Positions 1 through 8,337 of a DNA stretch of 13,638 bases are shown in pieces. Under the pieces are notes generated by a model that had not been told where the DNA came from, made no database searches, and saw only the letters and a program-made list of their open reading frames with translations. The position numbers and the translations under genes were made by a program. Within the stretch, counting starts at the first letter, position 1, and each line of letters opens with the position of its first letter. The DNA comes from Oligoflexia bacterium. Its GTDB lineage: Bacteria > Bdellovibrionota > Bdellovibrionia > JABDDW01. The stretch lies in the NCBI GenBank assembly GCA_043732305.1, contig JAYTHU010000093.1:1-13638 (forward strand), in the 5' to 3' direction.

Positions 1-51
1 CCGGGATGTGCCAATATGTCCGAAGCGTTCTTAGTTGTCGACGTAAACTAA
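1..51 (+). CDS. Possible 3' end of a convergent gene entering from the left edge (…PGCANMSEAFLVVDVN*)
   Basis: Frame 1 is open from base 1 to TAA at 49-51, which overlaps the minus-strand stop of the acyltransferase (48-50). Too short to identify. Confidence 0.25.
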   Translation, partial: PGCANMSEAFLVVDVN

Positions 52-863
52 ATAAATTTAACTGATTTAAAAGCTCGTTCAATAATTCCGTGAGCTTTGA
101 CGGCGAGCGCCGCTTTGTCTGCTCCTGAGTTCGGATGCAGCCTTTCTAGAAAAACAAATTCCGCGTCTATTGAACTTAGCTGTAACAGCTTCCACATGTG
201 GGAGAAAAATCCCATGTCCCCATACCAGCACACATTGTCGCGAAATTTTAAACTGAAAGGTTCGCCATTTATTTTTAAAAAATTAGTGCAGACCAATTGA
301 ACTGGAATTTCGGCATCGGCGGCGGCCATCATAAGTGTGCGTTTGAATGGCAGAACGCTTTCACCGTTTGAAGCGGCACCTTCAGGATAAAGGACGACTT
401 TAAATCCATCTTTTAAATTTTTAACAATCTCTGATTTTTCATTCAACACCGAACTCCTGTTTCGTCGTTCCACATACAGACAGGCCACAAGACGGGTGAG
501 AAGTCCAATGACTGGAGTGTCCCGCATTTCAATAGATGTCACAAAAAGAGACGGGATCACATTTGCCAAAATAAAAATATCGACAAACCCCATGTGATTG
601 CCAACAATCAAAAGTGTTTGGTGGTCTAAGTCTTTAGGGAGGTTTTGAACAACCGTCTTCACGTTCCAAATTTTGAGAGCAAGTCGGCAATACAACTGCA
701 TCAGTTTCATTTGGGCTTTTTTTCTTTTCGCATTGTCTCGCAGGGCGAGAATTGTGAAAATGGCGTGAAAAAAATAAATTGTCAGTGAAACCAATACCAG
801 TGCGGCTTTTAGGGCTCCGCGCAATTTTATCAAGAAGTGACCGTTTCTAAAAATTTTCTTCAT
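48..863 (-). CDS. Lysophospholipid acyltransferase, PlsC/LPAAT family (1-acyl-sn-glycerol-3-phosphate or lyso-ornithine-lipid acyltransferase-like)
   Basis: Catalytic NHxxxxD motif (GNHMGFVD), YVERRNR block III, YPEG motif followed by LPFK, and an N-terminal hydrophobic helix. Confidence 0.88.
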   Translation of the reverse strand: MKKIFRNGHFLIKLRGALKAALVLVSLTIYFFHAIFTILALRDNAKRKKAQMKLMQLYCRLALKIWNVKTVVQNLPKDLDHQTLLIVGNHMGFVDIFILANVIPSLFVTSIEMRDTPVIGLLTRLVACLYVERRNRSSVLNEKSEIVKNLKDGFKVVLYPEGAASNGESVLPFKRTLMMAAADAEIPVQLVCTNFLKINGEPFSLKFRDNVCWYGDMGFFSHMWKLLQLSSIDAEFVFLERLHPNSGADKAALAVKAHGIIERAFKSVKFI

Positions 864-909
864 TCTTTCCCTTTATCGCAAATCGCGATTTTCCCCTAAT
901 AAAATCCTG

Positions 910-925
910 TGGCACTTGATTTGCT
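910..925 (+). promoter_or_regulatory. Sigma54 (RpoN) -24/-12 promoter pointing toward nrdAB; predicted +1 near 936
   Basis: TGGCAC-TTGAT-TTGCT matches TGGCAC-N5-TTGCW exactly and lies in an intergenic region. Confidence 0.65.
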
Positions 926-1065
926 TGAGAGAGCGGGTATCTGATTAAATGCAATTGAAAAGTCAGAAAAATGACGCTCCAGTTTGACAGAATTTGTATG
1001 ATCAAAGAGACATGAACAATTTTATATATTTAGCAGTCTAACGTTTTGCATCACTATTCTTATGA

Positions 1066-1094
1066 TTGACAGTTTTTCTCCGTCAAAATATCTT
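1066..1094 (+). promoter_or_regulatory. Sigma70-type promoter for nrdAB; predicted +1 near 1100
   Basis: Perfect TTGACA (1066-1071), 17-nt spacer, TATCTT (1089-1094). Confidence 0.6.
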
Positions 1095-1266
1095 CAATCC
1101 TCGCGCAGGGATTTGCCAATAGCTGAGTCCAGCGAGACAACAAAATAGTTTATTTTGAAAATAGTTTTTGAGATTTTCCCAAATCTGTCCTCTACTTGAG
1201 GGCGGGGATCAGCAAAGGATTTCTTGTCCTTAAAAATCGAAAATTTTTCCGGGGGGAAGAAGAAAT

Positions 1267-3918
1267 ATGATGGAAGTATTAAAAAGAGACGGAACTAGAG
1301 AAGTAGTAAAAATGGAAAAAATCCTCCACGCAGTCACGCGCGCGTGCAGGGGGCTTGATAACGTTGAGCCCATTGAAATCGCTAAGCGTACCATCAGCGG
1401 TCTCCATGATGGCAGTAGCACTAAGGAATTAGATGATCTTTCAATAAGCAATGCTGTCATGCTCATGGCTGAAGAGCCTAATTATTCTAAAGTGGCTGCT
1501 CGCATGCTTGCTGATGGAATTCGTAAAGAAGTTGGGCGTGATGAAGTTTTCAGTGACTACATCAAGCGTTCTTTTGAATTGGATCTTATTTCATCTCAAG
1601 TGTTTGAACTTTCTCGAGCTAATTTTCAAGAAATTGAATTTGCTATTCGTCATGGCCGAGATGACAACTTTGAATATTTCGGACTTAAAACTGTTGCGGA
1701 TAGGTATCTCCTGAGACATCCTAAAACTCGCAAAATTATTGAGCGTCCTCAATGGATGTTTATGCGTGTAGCGCTTGGACTCTCTAAAAACGTTAAAGAA
1801 GCAATCGAATTCTATGAAATTATAAGTCAATTTTTGTACATGCCCTCTACACCGACTTTGTTTAACTCGGGAACCGGTCATGCACAGATGAGCTCTTGCT
1901 ATTTGCTCACCGCGGCCTCTGACAGTCTTGATGGCATCTATAAAACTATCACCGATTGCGCAAAGCTTTCAAAATGGTCGGGTGGATTAGGAGTCGCTTG
2001 GACGAAAGTTCGCTCGAGTGGCGCTCTTATTAAAGGCACCAATGGCCTCAGCAATGGGATCATTCCATTTTTAAAGGTATTTGACTCTTCCGTTCACGCC
2101 GTCAATCAAGGTGGAAAGCGCAAAGGTGCTGCGGCCGTTTATTTGGAACCTTGGCATGGTGACATAGAAGCGTTTTTGGAACTTCGAACCAACACTGGTG
2201 CTGACGAACGTCGCACTCACAATTTAAATTTGGCTCTTTGGATTCCTGATCTTTTCATGAAGCGTGTTGAATCCGGTGAAGACTGGAGTCTGTTCTCGCC
2301 AAGTGATGCTCCATTATTGATGGACACGTACGGTGCGGAGTTTGAAAAGAACTATGCTCAATATGAAGCTGACGGCGTAGCCTTGAGAAAAATCAATGCT
2401 CGCGGATTATATGCGCGCATGATGCAAACTTTGGCCGAAACCGGAAACGGCTGGATGTGTTTTAAAGATCATTCTAACAACCGTTCGGCTCAAACTAAAC
2501 TTCCTGGCAACGTCATTCACAGTTCAAACTTGTGCACAGAAATTTTAGAAGTCACTTCGTCATCTGAAACAGCCGTGTGTAACTTGGGTAGCTTGAATTT
2601 CGCTGCTTACGTGAAAGAGAATGGTCAGTTTGATTTCGAAAAGTTGAGACTCGTCACCAAGACTGCTACTAAGTTTTTGGATAGAGTTGTCGATATCAAT
2701 TTCTATCCTACCTCTGAAGCGCAAACCAGTAACAATAAATGGCGTCCAGTTGGTTTAGGAATCATGGGTCTACAAGACGTCATGTTTAAAACCAGAATAC
2801 CCATCACAAGTGTCGAGGGGAAAAAACTTTCTAATCAGATTTCAGAAACTGTTTATCATGCAGCTCTTGAAGCGAGCATGGATTTGGCCGCTGAATATGG
2901 ATCTTTCCCTGGCTTTGAAGAATCTCGTTACGCTGACGGTGAACTTCAGGTTCAACTTGCAGCAAAACACAAAGAGCTTTCTTCTGATCTAGGTCCCGAT
3001 CTGCATTTTGATTGGACCGAGATGGCTGAACGCGTGAAGAAAAACGGTTTGAGAAACTCTCTTCTCATCGCGATTGCTCCAACGGCAACCATAGCCTCCA
3101 TTGTGGGTTCTTTTGAAAGCATTGAACCTCAAATTTCTAATTTCTTTAAACGAGAAACTTTGAGCGGCGAATTCTTACAAGTTAACAAATATTTAATCAA
3201 AGATCTCAAAGAGAAAAAACTTTGGACTGAATCCATGCGTGCAAAAATTATTTCGCACGAAGGATCTATTCAGGAGATAGACGAAATTCCTCAAGAGATG
3301 AGAGATTTGTATAAAACCGCTTGGGAAATTCAACAAAAAGATCTCGTCGATATGGCTTCACATAGGTCGACATTTATCTGCCAATCCCAATCGCTTAACC
3401 TCTTTATTGAGAATCCAAGCATTGGGAAACTTTCTTCCATGTACATGTACGCTTGGAAAAAAGGAATCAAGACCACTTATTATTTGAGATCACGCGCTAA
3501 AACGGGAATCAAAAAGACCACTGTCGATTCAACTACCGAGTCATCCAAAAAAGTGACTCAAAGTGGGGGCATAAGTTCTGGTGCCACCGCGGCTTCCAAC
3601 GCTAACAAAGCGGCTGGAGCAGCTGTAGCAAAAGAAATTGCCACTGTTGAAGCGATTGTTGTTAAAAAAGTTCCCGCAATCGAACTTCCACCACTCCCGG
3701 TAATTCTAGCTCTAGACAAAGTAGCAAATGTGGCTAAAGAAGCTGCGTTAGATGCTGCGTTAGATGCTGCTATGGAAGGTGCCACAGAAGCTGTTGCAGA
3801 CAAATCCGTGAAATCTGCAACCGAATCCGGTAGCGCATTTTTACCCGAAGGATTTTCCGCCGAAGAAGCAGTTGTTTGCTCTTTGGAAAACCCAGAATCT
3901 TGCGAGGCCTGCCAGTGA
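1267..3918 (+). CDS. nrdA: Ribonucleoside-diphosphate reductase class Ia alpha subunit with N-terminal ATP cone
   Basis: ATP cone (VLKRDG…KI), PSTPTLFNSG, SSCYL, NQGGKRKG, SSNLCTEI (NxCxE), VCNLGSLN, APTAT, TTYYLR tyrosine pair, C-terminal CEAC redox pair. Purine-rich RBS GGGGGGAAG upstream. Confidence 0.97.
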   Translation: MMEVLKRDGTREVVKMEKILHAVTRACRGLDNVEPIEIAKRTISGLHDGSSTKELDDLSISNAVMLMAEEPNYSKVAARMLADGIRKEVGRDEVFSDYIKRSFELDLISSQVFELSRANFQEIEFAIRHGRDDNFEYFGLKTVADRYLLRHPKTRKIIERPQWMFMRVALGLSKNVKEAIEFYEIISQFLYMPSTPTLFNSGTGHAQMSSCYLLTAASDSLDGIYKTITDCAKLSKWSGGLGVAWTKVRSSGALIKGTNGLSNGIIPFLKVFDSSVHAVNQGGKRKGAAAVYLEPWHGDIEAFLELRTNTGADERRTHNLNLALWIPDLFMKRVESGEDWSLFSPSDAPLLMDTYGAEFEKNYAQYEADGVALRKINARGLYARMMQTLAETGNGWMCFKDHSNNRSAQTKLPGNVIHSSNLCTEILEVTSSSETAVCNLGSLNFAAYVKENGQFDFEKLRLVTKTATKFLDRVVDINFYPTSEAQTSNNKWRPVGLGIMGLQDVMFKTRIPITSVEGKKLSNQISETVYHAALEASMDLAAEYGSFPGFEESRYADGELQVQLAAKHKELSSDLGPDLHFDWTEMAERVKKNGLRNSLLIAIAPTATIASIVGSFESIEPQISNFFKRETLSGEFLQVNKYLIKDLKEKKLWTESMRAKIISHEGSIQEIDEIPQEMRDLYKTAWEIQQKDLVDMASHRSTFICQSQSLNLFIENPSIGKLSSMYMYAWKKGIKTTYYLRSRAKTGIKKTTVDSTTESSKKVTQSGGISSGATAASNANKAAGAAVAKEIATVEAIVVKKVPAIELPPLPVILALDKVANVAKEAALDAALDAAMEGATEAVADKSVKSATESGSAFLPEGFSAEEAVVCSLENPESCEACQ
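3742..3770 (+). repeat. In-frame 12-bp tandem repeat (GCTGCGTTAGAT x2 + GCTGC) encoding AALD-AALD-AA in the NrdA tail
   Basis: Read directly from the sequence. Confidence 0.9.
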
Positions 3919-4937
3919 ACAATACTAAAACTTTACTTGAACCTTCTTTGAATTTGACTCTCAGACCGATGAGAAATCCTGAGTTTTTTCATTTGTACAA
4001 AAATTCTTTGAAAAATATTTGGACAACTGATGAGCTCGATTTTTCAATCGACTATGAACATCTTCGAGACAAATTGACTCCTCAAGAGAGTCATTTGATC
4101 AAACGCTTGGTTGCCTTTTTTGCGACCGCCGATAATATCGTCGCGCACAACTTGGTTTTGAATTTCTACAAGCACATCAATAGTCCCGAGTTCAGAATGT
4201 TCCTTGGAAAGCAACTTTTTGACGAGATGCTTCACGTGGAAACATATCTTCTATTGGTAGACAATTACATTCCAGATCCTGAAGAGCGTGCTGAAGCTTT
4301 CACTGCGTATCAAAATATCCCATCCGTGAAAATGAAAGCTGATTTTTGCTTCAAGTACATGGATAGCATTGAGCATTTGGATAAGGTAGACACTGACGAA
4401 AAGCGAACTCAATTCATCATAAATTTGATTTGCTTTGCCTCTTGTGTTGAAGGCCTTTTCTTCTTCGGATCTTTTGCATATGTGTATTTCCTGCGCAACA
4501 AAGGCTTGTTGCCAGGCCTTGCTGTCGCAACCAATTGGGTGTTCAGAGATGAGACCTTGCACATCGAAGGCGCTATGGCCGTCGTCCAAGCTTTAAAAGT
4601 AGAATATCCTCATTTGTTCACTGCGGAACTTGAATCTACAGTTTCAAACATGATTGAAGAAGCAATTGCAGTCGAGATGCATTTCTGTGAAGACGCGCTT
4701 TCCTTTGGCGTCACCGGAATGTCTGGACCCATGATGCGTCAGTATTTGGAATATTGCGGTGATCAACGCTTGATGCAACTTGGTTACAAGAAGCGTTACA
4801 ACGTTGGAAATCCTTTTAGCTTCATGGTCCTTCAAGACGTCCAGCCACTTACAAACTTTTTTGAAAAGCGCGTGACTGAATATCAAAAAGGTTTCGACAC
4901 AAAGCAAAGCTCCATCGTTTTCGACGAAGCTTTCTAA
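3915..4937 (+). CDS. nrdB: Ribonucleoside-diphosphate reductase class Ia beta subunit (di-metal/tyrosyl radical); likely GTG start at 3915
   Basis: LTLRPM…W, FFATADNIV (Asp ligand), DEMLHVETY (Glu/His ligands and radical Tyr), VEGLFFFGSF, RDETLH, NFFEKRVTEY. GTG at 3915 overlaps the nrdA TGA (GTGA) and is preceded by GAGG, so it is preferred over the ORF-track start at 3876. Confidence 0.96.
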   Translation: MNNTKTLLEPSLNLTLRPMRNPEFFHLYKNSLKNIWTTDELDFSIDYEHLRDKLTPQESHLIKRLVAFFATADNIVAHNLVLNFYKHINSPEFRMFLGKQLFDEMLHVETYLLLVDNYIPDPEERAEAFTAYQNIPSVKMKADFCFKYMDSIEHLDKVDTDEKRTQFIINLICFASCVEGLFFFGSFAYVYFLRNKGLLPGLAVATNWVFRDETLHIEGAMAVVQALKVEYPHLFTAELESTVSNMIEEAIAVEMHFCEDALSFGVTGMSGPMMRQYLEYCGDQRLMQLGYKKRYNVGNPFSFMVLQDVQPLTNFFEKRVTEYQKGFDTKQSSIVFDEAF

Positions 4938-4938
4938 A

Positions 4939-7900
4939 TTATTTCTTGGGGGTAAAGATAAGCACAAGCTTGTCTTTACAGTCCTTCCCAAATTTTTCAA
5001 CCGGTTCTAGCGCTCGGCTCACGGGTTTCTCAATATGCTGTTCATATTGTTTCGAAACTTCAGATCCAAAGAGCTGATCGGGAATTCCGCCAGCAAAAGT
5101 TGCCCAGGTCCAGACCACACCAAAGAGAACCATCAAGCTCACCTTACCCATCGTCTTCCAACCTTGAAGCGCAAATGTTCGATTGAGAGTTTGCGCTGGC
5201 ATGTTGATCAGCCATGAGAAAGAAAGGTGAAGTGCCCATAGAGGAACGGTCCAGTGAATATCCCAAACAACCCAATTGAACGCCATGATTGCTGTAGACA
5301 AAGTGATTGCGCGTTTAATTGTACGAATATTTCCAGTTTTGAAATCGTAGTTAAGAGGAATGTTTCTCTCAAACATCGCCTTGCGACCAAACTCGTATCG
5401 ATCATTAGGCATAAGAGTTTCAAGCCCGCGGGTCAATCGAGTCAATAGAGTCGAGCTTCTCACGTACTCGCGCTGTCTTAACGCTTGGAATCTTCCTGGT
5501 TGACCGGGGTCAATAGGTGGGATTTTCTCAAATCCGGCAGTGAGTTTCACATAAGAATTTGCGTAGGCTTGGGCTTTTAAATGGGCCACGTAAAAATTTT
5601 TTTCTTCCATGCTTAATGTCGCAAGGTAAGTCAAAAGCTCAGGACTGGCTAGAGAGCCGCGCACATACTCTTCAGAATCAGCACTCACTGTCGCCTCTAG
5701 TCCCTTCGAACTAGTGTAATCCGGCAATAGCCCCATGACTTTCATCATTGTACCGCGGTAAATTATTTCCCACGCTTTCTGATCCGGTGAGTTTAGGTCC
5801 GGAGCCTTTCCGGTCTGCGCCATGAAAATATCGTTGGCCATTCTAATAGCTTTTCTCTGTTGCCATTGAAATACTTTACCGGTGTTGATGGGTGCGTAAG
5901 GTTTCGAGGGAACAAATTTTCCATCGGTGATTTTTGTGAGTGCCGCACGAAATGCATTACCCGCTTCGATCTGAGCTTCTAAACTGCTTCCTTGCCATGA
6001 AAGTGGAAGAATATCAGCGATGAGTGACTGGCCTCCTTCATAGGTGAGTGCCATCATTTCTCGACGAACATTTCTTAGATTAGCAAATAGGGGGTTGAAA
6101 CCTTTTTTCTGATCTAAAATTTCGGCAACTAAATTTCTTGGATTTAAAACGTAATTATGTAGCCAGCTCATGTGTTTGTAAGTTCGTTTCAAAATTGTCA
6201 AAGCTTGGCTTGCATTTTGATTTGGCAAAATTGAATTTTTATTTTCCAAATCTGCTATCGCTTTTTTAACTGAAGAAATAACTAAACCTGGGCGACTGAC
6301 ACCTAAATAATTTTCTTTTGATTTACCGAAATTTGTTTTCAGAGCGCTGGCGGGAACATCATATCCAAAAAGTAGGGCCATGGTGCCGGCATAAAAAGTA
6401 CCCGCATCGAACATGAAACTGTCTTTTCCAGGTAATCCCATTTTGGCCATTTCAACTTCCATGCGAGCATCGACGGCTTCATTGACAGTTGAATTGTTTT
6501 TGGAATCGCTAGGGTCTATTCCTTTGGCTTTAAGTTCGTTCTTAACTTCATTTCGAATCCTATCCTCTAGCTGACTTTGAAGCTCCTGACTGAACTGTGC
6601 CGCACCTTGAGTCGCGTAGCCAGCTACATTCCATAGAAGAGCGTTTGTCGCCATGATCGATGTTTTTTCGTTGCCAGGAGCAAAAGCATCGGTCGCGATG
6701 TCTTTAAGCGGAGGAACAGTATTTCCAATCATCTCACCAATATGAGGAATGACTTCGTAAGTTTGATAGGCAACAAATGCTGTGTCGATACCGCCTAAGA
6801 CAATCGTACCCATAAACCAACTCCAAGCGTTAACTGGAGTTCGGGTGTAAGTGCGCCGGACAAAATAAACATTCTTATCTAAAAATTTACGCGCCAAAGT
6901 GTTTTTGCCGGCCATTATTCCTGGTGCGAAGCGATCACCCGTGAATTCAATAGCATTTGCAAACCAGACACCAGCAAACTGACCCATCAAGGTGAGAGAA
7001 TGAGCATAAGTGTCGACTGAATCGCGGACTTCTCCAAATATTTTTTTGAAACTTGTATCTCTAGGTTTTCCAAGAGCTGCTTCTCGATCGGCTTTTGCCT
7101 TAAAGAAGTCACGGTACTTCGAGTATTTAACTGCTATTGACACCACAATCACAATTCCCAGAACTGCTGCAACTTTTAACAGTTTTTTCTGGAGTTTTGG
7201 ATCAATCGCGCTGAGGTCCATCGCGTTTGCTTTTTCTGAGCCCACACTTTGTTTGAGCAGTTCAAAAGCTTGATAATATAATGAATTTCTTTGCTTGGTG
7301 ATATCGGCTGTTTCAAGAAGTGAATCCGCAGGATTTTTGAGATCTATTCCGACAAACACACTACCAAATCCAGCGGTCATTCCTGGTTTTACCACCACCG
7401 AATTAAGCGAAGGATTTTGCGCCAGATCTCCCTTTTTAAGAGAGAACGTGATCGCGAGCATGTTATTTAAACGTCCTGCTTTATGGGCAAGTTCGATGTC
7501 TTGATTTTGAATCGGGAAGGTGTCGCCATCACGGTTATGAACAATGATGCTGTCGATCTGAGGAAAATCTGCTGCCGAGACTCCGCCAGTCCAACCTGAG
7601 CCAGGAAGTGGAAAGAAATAAATCGGTGCCGCTCTGTTTTCAAGGGATGCCGCTAATACTTCTTCGCGTGAAGCAAAGAACATTCCTTCGCCAGCCGCCT
7701 CGCCTTTTAAATCGGAAACTTTATCTGCGAATTCAGTGAAACCGCTATTGGCTGCAAAAATAAAATATTCGTCAGTTTCAAGTATTGGCGAAATATCACG
7801 ATTTATAGTCCAAGTCTTTTTAGTGACCGGCAAATACATCGCGTTCCCAAATGTGTTGCCTGAAGGACTCGCTGATTTATCGCCTGCAGACCATGCCTGC

Positions 7901-8160
7901 GACCGAAGATAGAAAGGATCTGTATCAATGGCAGGATCATTTGAAGCCATTCCCAATTCGGTGGGAAATTCATGGTTCAAAACGTCTTCGAAAAAAGGAT
8001 TTTGATTGATCGCCTCTGCGAACTTTTCACTTGGGGTTTGATAACCAGCGTTATGTGCCACGAAATGAGAAGAGTTCTGTGCTGCGGCCATTGACTGCGA
8101 CACAGGAAGTCCTACAAATTGAATTGCTATAAACGCTGATATAAACTTTTTCAGTGACAT
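4939..8160 (-). CDS. Large hypothetical exported/integral membrane protein (1073 aa)
   Basis: Long uninterrupted ORF, Sec-type signal peptide (MSLKKFISAFIAIQFVGLPVSQSMA), hydrophobic segments mid-protein and a Trp-rich cluster at the C-terminus, AGGA RBS, and a sigma54 promoter just upstream. No family recognised. Confidence 0.85.
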   Translation of the reverse strand: MSLKKFISAFIAIQFVGLPVSQSMAAAQNSSHFVAHNAGYQTPSEKFAEAINQNPFFEDVLNHEFPTELGMASNDPAIDTDPFYLRSQAWSAGDKSASPSGNTFGNAMYLPVTKKTWTINRDISPILETDEYFIFAANSGFTEFADKVSDLKGEAAGEGMFFASREEVLAASLENRAAPIYFFPLPGSGWTGGVSAADFPQIDSIIVHNRDGDTFPIQNQDIELAHKAGRLNNMLAITFSLKKGDLAQNPSLNSVVVKPGMTAGFGSVFVGIDLKNPADSLLETADITKQRNSLYYQAFELLKQSVGSEKANAMDLSAIDPKLQKKLLKVAAVLGIVIVVSIAVKYSKYRDFFKAKADREAALGKPRDTSFKKIFGEVRDSVDTYAHSLTLMGQFAGVWFANAIEFTGDRFAPGIMAGKNTLARKFLDKNVYFVRRTYTRTPVNAWSWFMGTIVLGGIDTAFVAYQTYEVIPHIGEMIGNTVPPLKDIATDAFAPGNEKTSIMATNALLWNVAGYATQGAAQFSQELQSQLEDRIRNEVKNELKAKGIDPSDSKNNSTVNEAVDARMEVEMAKMGLPGKDSFMFDAGTFYAGTMALLFGYDVPASALKTNFGKSKENYLGVSRPGLVISSVKKAIADLENKNSILPNQNASQALTILKRTYKHMSWLHNYVLNPRNLVAEILDQKKGFNPLFANLRNVRREMMALTYEGGQSLIADILPLSWQGSSLEAQIEAGNAFRAALTKITDGKFVPSKPYAPINTGKVFQWQQRKAIRMANDIFMAQTGKAPDLNSPDQKAWEIIYRGTMMKVMGLLPDYTSSKGLEATVSADSEEYVRGSLASPELLTYLATLSMEEKNFYVAHLKAQAYANSYVKLTAGFEKIPPIDPGQPGRFQALRQREYVRSSTLLTRLTRGLETLMPNDRYEFGRKAMFERNIPLNYDFKTGNIRTIKRAITLSTAIMAFNWVVWDIHWTVPLWALHLSFSWLINMPAQTLNRTFALQGWKTMGKVSLMVLFGVVWTWATFAGGIPDQLFGSEVSKQYEQHIEKPVSRALEPVEKFGKDCKDKLVLIFTPKK

Positions 8161-8196
8161 GACACGATCCTACTTTCTGGTGATACTTCGTAATAA

Positions 8197-8212
8197 TGCA
8201 AACCGAGTGCCA
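8197..8212 (-). promoter_or_regulatory. Sigma54 (RpoN) -24/-12 promoter of the 1073-aa gene; predicted +1 near 8186
   Basis: Minus strand reads TGGCAC-TCGGT-TTGCA, a perfect consensus, giving a ~26-nt leader that contains the RBS before ATG 8160. Confidence 0.8.
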
Positions 8213-8337
8213 CCATTTAATACATTTCCCTTGAGGTTTGGGTCAGTTAGATGCGGTTTTCTGAGACGAAGATGCCAATGAAAAGTAGAAAGGGCCGAAA
8301 AAAGGCACTTCATCTTAAATAGAGAAGTGGTTCCAAA

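Noticed and set aside
1040..1190. NrdR boxes upstream of nrdA (TCACTATTCTTATGAT, GACAACAAAATAGTTT, CCCAAATCTGT)
   Set aside because: Each misses conserved C or G positions of the consensus, and there is no properly spaced tandem pair.
3876..3914. ORF-track N-terminal extension of nrdB
   Set aside because: It overlaps the conserved nrdA Cys tail. The GTG at 3915 with GTGA coupling and GAGG is a better start.
4200..4250. Class Ic (Tyr-less) or metal-free beta subunit
   Set aside because: The radical Tyr (HVETY) and all Asp/Glu/His metal ligands are present.
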